A DNA stretch of 64,000 bases, from positions 6,200,001 to 6,264,000 of the forward strand of contig NC_043015.1 in NCBI RefSeq assembly GCF_006345805.1, in the 5' to 3' direction. Each line of letters begins with the position of its first letter. The first letter of the stretch is position 1. The notes beneath the pieces are model-generated. The model was not told the origin of the DNA and ran no database searches. It worked only from the letters and a program-made list of their open reading frames with translations. Both the position numbers and the translations under genes were made by a program. This document shows, piece after piece, positions 54,620-64,000 of this stretch. The stretch comes from Octopus sinensis. Its lineage: Eukaryota.

Positions 54620-55173
54620 TTGGGTTGGCAACAAGTCATACCGTTTTTAAAATTATGGAATTTATTGCGTTGTATTGCATTTTTTTATATTTGGAAGGTA
54701 TTTTTTTCGGGAATTCTATCTTTGAATCATTATCATTTTCAAATCTTTTTTTTTTAATAATTTTTTATCTATTTTTCAGATCATTAAAATGGAATGTCAA
54801 ATTAAGAAAAACGACACCTTCTTTTTGCTTTTAATCAAGGTTCTAAGGCCGCAAAAGCTGTGTATGGAGAAGTAGCCATAGCTAAAAGAGCAGCTCGTGA
54901 TTGGTGTGCCAAGTTCAAAAATTTCCAATTTTGACCTCCAAGACGCACCTTGATCGTCTAGTTGAGTTCGATGGAGAGCGATTAAACCACGCTTTACACG
55001 AAATTTCTCGTCAAATGACAGGGGAACTGGCATAGGAAATGGAATGCTCCCACACTGCTGTAGAGAAGCATCTTCACACGATGGGAAAGGTACAGAAGTA
55101 TGGAGCATGGGTTCCGCATGCTTTAAGTGACAACAACAAAAATCAACGTGTCACAATCTCCGCTGGTTTCCTT
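54620..55173 (+). mobile_element. Decayed mariner transposon 5' half (Hsmar1/cecropia-like)
   Basis: TIR TTGGGTTGGCAAC.. after (TA)n. Frameshifted MECQIKKN../ VYGEVAIAKRAARDWCAKFK / MECSHTAVEKHLHTMGKVQKYGAWVPHALSDNNKNQRVTISAG, containing the WVPH(E)L motif. Confidence 0.92.
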
Positions 55174-55474
55174 GTGTTACATGTGTTGTATGTTAGCTCA
55201 TGTTGTCTGCACTACAGTTTAAATGTGAAAGTGAATGAAGAACAAAGTAAGATTTTGTGTTTTGATTGGGAATACAATACGCCCCCTATTCCAAGAATTG
55301 AATCCATGATCGCGAGAACGAGAGTTCAATACCCTGTCCACCTGGCTTTTCACACCCATATATATATATATACACATACATATTATACATATATATATAT
55401 ACATGCTATATAACATATATTATTTACTAGATATTATATATGTACACATACGTGGCACACACACAAACACACAC

Positions 55475-55553
<79 letters not shown>

Positions 55554-56445
55554 TACCTATTTTAAAGTGTATATATATATATCTTATATATTATAAATAC
55601 ATTGCTGTTGTTTATAGATGTTCGGTGTTGAACTCAGTAAAGCCGAACCGCTAAGGACCGTGCTAGATTATATCTTGTGTGTACAAATGTATGTATGGCT
55701 GCGTATGTTATGTGTTTGTATATTTTCATATGTTTGCTTCTTCCTGTTATTGTTGTCCATATTACCCACATACGTTCTTGCTCCCACCCCCGTTTCGTCA
55801 TTCAATTCTATTCTCTTTCCTCTCTCCTTTTTCCTCTCTTTATCCTGTATTTGTCTACTTCGTGTCTTTTGCTTTCCATTTCCCGCTTGCTTCTTACTTC
55901 AGTTCTCTTTCACTGACAATTGCTCGCTCTTTATTTCCTTTTTAAAGCAGTTACAGAATCTCCCACCATCTCTCCTACTCTTGACATTAGCTCCCAGTAA
56001 CTGAATGCAATAAAGTGTTCCCTGATGATCCGATCTGCTCATGCTTCCATATGTTCCTGGAGCATCCAACGTAATGTTCCAAGCAATTATAGTGATGCAA
56101 CTTACGTTGGAACTAATGATATAATGTTTGTAGTATTCTTTTCATATATATATATATATATGATGCATGTATTTATGTATATCAGGATTCCGGTGAATCA
56201 TGCTAACGTACAGGATCGGGTTCGGTCGATAAATACACAACAACAATATAGGAATACATACGCGGGTACAGTTGCACAAGCAGGAAGAAATCTAACGTTG
56301 CCACTATTATGTAAAATGATATTCTTTAATATCCAAATATATGACATGTTATACAATGTGTAGCAAACAGAGTAGCAATAGCGATGCTAGATTGTGATAG
56401 AGAATGCCTTCGGTGTTTGTTCCTGGTAACTATTTTTGTGAAACT

Positions 56446-56655
56446 GGTACTCAGTCGGTTACGACGACGAGTCATTCAGGTGATCCGATCGACGGAACAG
56501 CCTGCTCATGAAATTCACGTGCATGTGTATGAGTAGAGACACGCGTACCCTTAGAGTATTTCTCATACTCATTTTTGTTACTTGAGTGGACGGTAGCAAC
56601 GTGAAATAAACTGTCTTGCTCAGGAACACAACGAGTCGCCTGGAATCGAACTCAC
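56446..56655 (-). mobile_element. SINE with a different (CORE-like) body but tail T1
   Basis: The reverse complement has GTTCGATTCCAGG..TGTGTTCCTGAGCAAGACAGTTTATTTCACGTTGCT, followed by the T1 tail (CAGGCTGTTCCGT..GATCGGATC..TCGTCGTCGTAACCGAC). Confidence 0.7.
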
Positions 56656-57899
56656 TAAGCGATCTTTGTTCTGATTACGAACTGATATTTACGGCGGTCG
56701 TGATAGAAGTGATATATATGGACTAGAATCAAATCATTTTTTTTTTTTTGCTATTTGAATCACAGCCTTATTTTCACTCATACATTGTTGCTGTGAAGCC
56801 GCTACTTTACCCTATGAGAAGAGTTGGGACAATTACTAGCTGCGTAATGTTTTCGTGAAATTGACTTCGTGTGCGTGATCGTATAGTAATCTTTTCTCGT
56901 TGAAAAACTAATATACTAATGGAACTGTCCAAAAAAACAAATCGAAGTGCAATACGAAACGGAAATAAAAAGGTCTAGATATTCTTGTTGTGCTGTAAGT
57001 GCAATTGAGTCAGCATTATCAAAAGCACTTACACTTTGACAAACCTCACGACCTAACATGTATTTCTGAGTCAAAGTAAGGCCATCTTAACGGTCACACA
57101 ATCTAGCAGAAATAGCAGCAAATATTTCCAGCAGTCACAACCTGAACGGTTACATTAGATAATTTAGTCATAGTTACCACTAAAAATAAGACAAGCTGAT
57201 GTTCAATGCTGGGATCCTTTTTTCAACATTCAACTACAACATCAGGAATGCTCTAAGGCTAAATAGTAACTTGAACGACAGCAGCATCTATTTCATACAA
57301 TCAAAATAGCTGACATAGTTTCGGTAATCATTAAAGATGCTCTCTTTCCATATCTTAATATAAAATGCGCTTCAAATTGTATATCACTACGGGCAATGAC
57401 TACGACATAGACTCTATATATACATAAACAGAGACACGCCACATACATACATTCGTTGAAGAACGCAGCCACATTCTCACAAGCACATTTACTCACATGT
57501 ATACGCACAATCAAAATAGGATTTGAACAACTGCGTACATTTTCTGAAAATAACTATATTTCAAGCGACAAGCTGAAATATTCCAGAATTAAAATAACCT
57601 TTACTCTCTCTAAGTAAAGACATGCTTTCTATTTCCCTCTCTGAAATACTCTTAGTTTCTTTCTCGACTTATCTCACTGTTTATCTATGTTAATCTATTC
57701 TCTTTTCTATTACCTTTCTCACTCAGTCTATCCATACTCTCTCATTCTGTCTGTAATTATCTCTCAATCTATCTATCAAAAATTTATTCAAGATTTAATA
57801 TAACTTTTCCGATGGTAGTCTCAAAAATCTAGCCTTCTTTTACCTCTCTTCCACTCTCTTTCTTCCTCCTTCATGATCTCTCTCTATCGTTTCTCAAAG

Positions 57900-57930
<31 letters not shown>

Positions 57931-58714
57931 TATATATGTCTTACTTCCCCTCGTTCTTTCTTTATCACTCCATCAAAAACATATTTTAGAATTATAATAA
58001 GTTTTCCAATCATTGTTTCAATGTGATCTTCTACTTTATCCACCCTTCTCCAACTGCGCCCTCTCTCTCTCAATCTTCCTCTCTTCGACATTTTATCAAA
58101 ATTTCTGTTCTATCAGAAATACAATACAGACAAAAATCAAATACCATTTCTTGACGTAGTTAAAGCATAAAATATATAACTCTCTTCTACTCATGAGCTA
58201 TTAAAATTTGCAAGTCACACAGCCAGAAGAAATGGCGGAAATCGTTTCCTCTAGTTAATATTTCGATGCAGGCATTTAAAACACGAGGACAATGCATGAA
58301 ATCTGAACCCATACTGTTGCGGAAAGCAATATAACAAAAGAATCAATTAGATTTAGACAGGGACATTTTCTCGGCTTTCAGCATCTGATAAATGGACTTG
58401 AAAATTTATTCTAGTGAGACATTGTATTTTCTAACGGTCTACTATCAAAGAACGTTCGACTTCTTCAAAGCAAAGGAAGATATTTCAATTTCAAATACGG
58501 TTATTATGGTGCTGGCTACTCTGCATTATGCCATTATACAACACACAGCAAGCATTAAATGCACTTGCCAATATTCTTTATATAGAGAATACAGAGAATG
58601 AATGAATAAGCCATATATAGTAACCACAAGCTTACAAAATACACATATACGTATGCATTCACATACATAAATACATACTTACGTATACATGCATATATAC
58701 GTATATGAGAATGT

Positions 58715-58790
58715 GTGTATGTGTATATATGAATAAGTATGCCTGTATGTAGATATATGCATGTGACTATGCGCATATATATATATAAAA

Positions 58791-58824
<34 letters not shown>

Positions 58825-59004
58825 ATATATATATATATCTATATATATATATTTATATATATATGCATATATGTATATATGCATATGCGTACACCTTTAT
58901 ACACATGCACGTGAGTGTGTGCCTGTGTCTGGGTATATATGAATAGGTATGCATGTATGTAGATATATGCATGTAACTATGCGAATATATATATATATAA
59001 TATG

Positions 59005-59037
<33 letters not shown>

Positions 59038-59095
59038 ATATGCATATGTGTACACGTTTACACACACGCACGTGAGTAGTGTATGCCTGTGGCTG
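58715..59095. repeat. Tandem duplication of a ~210-bp microsatellite-containing unit
   Basis: GTATATATGAATA(A/G)GTATGC.TGTATGTAGATATATGCATGT.ACTATGCG..ATGCATATG.GTACAC..CACGTGAGT occurs twice in series. Confidence 0.8.
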
Positions 59096-60779
59096 TGTAC
59101 GCGATTGTTTGTGTGTATTTGTATCTATGGTCAGAGAGATACACATATGGCTATGTATTGTAATGCTTAGATGTGTCACAGTGTACGCTATTGCAAAACA
59201 TGCATCGAGTGTGTGAGAATGTACAGCGGTAGCATATTTGATATTTGCTTCAATGCTTAACGGGAGAATTTATATCAATATATGCGTTTGCCTATTCCGT
59301 TCATCTGTTGGCAGTATTCTAGGTCTCATATATTGCAGTATGCTGCACACGTTAAGTCTGTTCTTCGTAGACACATCGGCTATATATCGAAAAATGTAAC
59401 TTTTTTTTTCTCTCCCCAGTCGCAGCAGATTACTCACGTAAAAATATACATATTAACCAATAAAATATAGATGAAACATTGCTATAAAGTTGTAGCTATT
59501 GGAGCAGGATGGACGTAGACAGATATACATCAAACATTTCTATGTGCATCTCTATATTTCACTCTCCCAAATGGTCATTGCATTATTATCTCCCTTTTTT
59601 CTGTATTTCTCTGACTCTCCTTGTCAATTCACACGCACACAAACACACAGGCACACACATACGGACACACAGAGCACACACATACACACACAACATATGC
59701 ATGTGGAAATATGTAGACATACATATGTATTTATACAAATATATATACATATATATGCACAATATATACACATACATATAAATATTTATAAAGGCTCGTA
59801 TATTTATACAATTGTATATATAATTATAAACAGGTATATATTTATTAAAAAATATTTATATACATATATATATATATATACTAATATATACATATATATA
59901 TACTTATATATATATATACTTATTAATACATATATATATATATACTTATTAATACATATATATATATACTTATATATACACACATATATATATATATATA
60001 TACTTATATATACACACATATATATATATACACATATATACACACATATATACACACACACACACATACATGTATATATATATATATACATACCCCATAA
60101 ATATAGAAATATATTTATATATCTGGTATATAAATTTATATATAAGTGTTTATTGTGTGTCTCTATACATATATGCTTACACACACATACGCACCTATAT
60201 ACAAAAATGTATCTGAGTGTGTGTGTGTATATCTATGCATGTATGTATATTATACATATATGTAAGTATGTATGCATTTATGTATTCACACACGTGTATG
60301 GCAAGATTTATGTTTTCACTGATCAGCAATAAAGCACTTTTTTGTTTTTTATTTTCTTCTCTCCCAATATTTGTTTCTTGAATATGATCAAAGTAAGACT
60401 ATCATCAAAAGAACTTTACAACTATGACATACCATACAAACACAAGTAGAAGACAAAACAAAAAAGCGAAGACAAAAAAAAAAAAACTACGCCTCAATCT
60501 GTTTTCCGGACTTGAGTGTTGCCTATGTGATATGTCGTCGCCTGTTTCCATTTGCCTACGTGATGCCGTATGTCCTGACATTATCATCTTCTTTCACTGT
60601 ATTTAGCCACTTATATCCGGTAGTCCATCAGTCTATCGTATTCTCTTTCCTGTCAACCTCTTGTTCAACAGTTCCAGACATACTCTCGCTCGCAAACGGA
60701 CACTCACATGTACATATATAAAGAGATACATACACACACATGCACTCACACGCCTACACGCGTATGCTGGTATGTCTGT

Positions 60780-60876
60780 GTATATAATATATATATATAT
60801 ATATATAATATATATATGTGTGTGTGTGTATATATATGTATGTATATATGTATATATATACATGTATATACATCTG

Positions 60877-60909
<33 letters not shown>

Positions 60910-60940
60910 GTATATATATGTATATATGTATATATATATG

Positions 60941-61021
<81 letters not shown>

Positions 61022-61043
61022 ATAATATATATATGTGTATATA

Positions 61044-61090
<47 letters not shown>

Positions 61091-61145
61091 TACGTATATA
61101 TATAAATATACGTATAGGTATATGTTTTTATATGTATATATATAC
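60780..61145. repeat. (TA)/(TATG)-rich array
   Basis: Direct reading of the sequence. Confidence 0.95.
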
Positions 61146-61384
61146 ACGCACACACACACAACCACGCACACGTATTTTAGATTTATTCATGCATGTGGTC
61201 GTTCGAATGTAAATATTAACAAATATTCTGAGGTAACTTATCCTCCATTTTCTCTCGAATCTCAGATTCGATATCGCGGAACTACTTAATTCATAATTGT
61301 TAAATTAAGTTAACCCACATCTAACCATCAACTATGACAGTGTATCTAGGCCGAATTATTCTTAAAGCGTGCCAAAACAAATTT

Positions 61385-61530
61385 GATAAGTAAAATACCT
61401 CTTTCTGTTATAGGCTCAAGGCCATAAATTCTCTTGTGGCTTACTAATTTATCATCCGCGAAAGGATGAAATTGACAGTGAACCCCGGCAGAATTCATAT
61501 TTTTCAAATGGCTATGCACGTTATGCCGTT
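61385..61530 (-). mobile_element. Old SINE family B-related copy
   Basis: TATAGGCTCAAGGCC..TTTATCATCCGCGAAAGGATGAAA..CCCGGCAGAATT resembles the family B minus strand. Confidence 0.5.
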
Positions 61531-61653
61531 CGATAAATAAAGACGTAAAAAATCGCATAAAAATATATGCATACTTACACACACATAAATTATATATCGA
61601 TCTATCCATCCCTATGTGTAAATATATATATATATATATATATAAACGATAAA

Positions 61654-61960
61654 CGTCGCCCTTTTCAAGCTTAGCTAGGTTCATGGGCCTGGTTTCCCGG
61701 TTTCTGTGGCGTAGGTGTTCCTTCCAGATGGCCGGGAAGTCAGTCCATCGCGGCGTTACTCAAGAAACAGGAAGAGAGAGTGAGAGAAAGTTGTGGCGAA
61801 AGAGTCCAACAGGCGTCGCCACCATCCCATGCTGGAATCCGTGGAGCTATTAGGTTTTTTCGCTCAATAAATATACACAACGCCCGGTCTAGGAATCGAA
61901 ACCGCGATCCTCCGACCGCGAGTCCGCTGTCCTAACCACTGGGTCATTGCGCCTCCACAT
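61654..61960 (-). mobile_element. tRNA-derived SINE family A (H1, tail T2)
   Basis: Reverse-complement homologue of 43060-43368, inside (TA)n. Confidence 0.9.
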
Positions 61961-61977
61961 ATGTGTGTATATATATA

Positions 61978-62043
<66 letters not shown>

Positions 62044-62242
62044 TATATATATATGTATATAGAAATATACATACACATACACACACATACATGTATGTAT
62101 ATATACATATACACACATATATAGTCACGCTCGTCCATGCGTGATTATAGATTCACAAACATACTTACATACATGCATATCTAAGTCTATATAATGAAGA
62201 AACAACATGTATAGACACATAAGCGTGCAAGAGCACTTAAAT

Positions 62243-62291
<49 letters not shown>

Positions 62292-62583
62292 CAAGCGTAC
62301 TGATGTGTACGCGTGTTACCATTGCTTTTGTTAGTTTCGGCTTTCATTTAAGAAGCATTCCAGGTAAACAGTACGTGCAATGGATTTTTGTCATTAACAC
62401 AAAAACGAATAGAATATAAAATAAAAATCAATGTGAAAACATACTATGATTCAATGAATTAGCTACAACAGAGATAGGAAACTTTGCCAGCAAATCGCTA
62501 TTCGTTTAGTATACCACTCATACTTTGGTAAATAACACGTGCAAGTATTGACTGCTTCTGAAGTGTTTCAAAACTCCACTCAC

Positions 62584-62685
62584 CCAGTAAGAAGTATGTC
62601 CCACCATACGCATTAAAGTAGGTGATAAGTAGATAGTTATCATTAAAAGTTATTGTATTTCCTTTTTTCTTGGGCAATTTGTATT
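62584..62685 (-). other. Candidate 102-nt phase 1-1 exon
   Basis: Strong donor TGG|GTGAGT and weak acceptor CTTAATACAG|. The open frame reads YKLPKKKGNTITFNDNYLLITYFNAYGGTYFLL. Confidence 0.2.
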
Positions 62686-62844
62686 CTGTATTAAGCACTT
62701 CCAGATGACTTCAAGACTATATCTTAACAATTAATAAGAATTTCTGGAAAATATGGAGACATGTGTTCAGCTATAAAATCGTCGAGCACCGTTGTTAATA
62801 TTCCTACTGCGTGCAAAAATTTGTAATAGTTGAATCTATGCCCA

Positions 62845-63070
62845 TACATTCTTACATACATATATACATACATACATTCTTACATACATACATACATATA
62901 TGCATATATACATACATACATACATACATATATACATACATATATACATGCATGCATGCAGGTATGTGCATGAGGAAACATACATAAAATAAAACATACA
63001 AATGTGCACCATACACACATATATATACATGCATACATGCATGCATACATACATACTTTCATACATACAT
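62845..63070. repeat. (CATA)n-rich array
   Basis: Direct reading of the sequence. Confidence 0.9.
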
Positions 63071-64000
63071 ACAAAACCAACCTGTTGTTGATTCGTAATG
63101 GGCAGGGAATCTTGAATTAAAACTAAATAATGACATACATAAAACTCAACCAGGCAGATATTTTTTGTGTGGCCATAAAGTAGAAATATGGTTGCACATA
63201 TGATCGTCACCGATTTTAAAATATGTGCACAATTTTTTTTTTTTTTTCATATCTGTTAAATCCTCTCTATTCGTAAATTTTCATGAGGCACTTCTTAGAA
63301 AGTAATTCTTGGAAATTTACTTTTGTGATGTCACAATTTATACGATGTACCCGTCCCAAGAGGAAGTAACTCTCCGAAAACTTTCACTTAAATAAACAAA
63401 TAATTCACTGAATAATTTTTAACAAACTTTGAACGGAGATGTATGACAGTACAGAAATACCAACGAAACAGTCGATATATCATTGCACTTGATTTGTTAC
63501 CTTAATCTAACTTCATAATATTGCTATCAACTTAGTAATATCAGCATGAATATTGATGACAAATTATAACTGAATTCTTTTATATATTTATTTTGAGAAT
63601 TTTATATGTACTTATTTTGAGAATTAAAGGATGACACTCACGTATCAACAGCAACAACAATGACAATAACAACGGCAAATTTATATATTACTATCTAAGA
63701 GTATAAGACACAAATAACTAGGTTGATCGTAAATATTAAATTCCCAAAACCTCATCTACATAATTGCAAAATTAATTTGTATTGCTCTGTAGCTTCAAGG
63801 ATTTGATATACGACTGATAAAAGGATTTTTCCTTCTTTTCGAATATATTATTTAGCATTGCATGATAAAAGGTTTAATGAATTCATAACATGACAGCTTA
63901 TCTTCATTTGCCTTTATAATACCTTCAATAAGCCCAAGTGGCACGCTTTCTGAACCGAGTACAAAAAGCGAAGCTGAAATATTTATATTAAATATAAATT

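Overview
This is very AT-rich eukaryotic DNA packed with microsatellites ((TA)n, (CA)n, (TATG)n, (GATA)n, tri-nucleotide blocks) and transposon relics. The tRNA-headed SINE families and overall texture look to me like an Octopus/coleoid cephalopod genome (inference from recalled repeat families, not verified). I found no convincing full protein-coding gene. Almost all listed ORFs are microsatellite artefacts or decayed mariner/RTE fragments, and only a few isolated candidate exons with good splice sites exist, so the window is probably intergenic or a very large intron. The main discovery is a ~420-bp, practically loop-less palindrome (14964-15381) inserted in (TA)n. Each arm carries an apparently intact type I hammerhead ribozyme, one per strand, with CUGAUGA/GAAA core, GUA cleavage triplet, palindromic helix III ACAAUUGU and an unusually large branched loop II. 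A second, minimal hammerhead-like family (3375-3412, 11784-11821) and further decayed look-alikes point to Penelope-like/retrozyme-type elements. Several other transposon copies have also been turned into snap-back hairpins or inversions (621-1011, 32631-32718, 39681-39854). All structures were read by eye; no folding or database searches were run.
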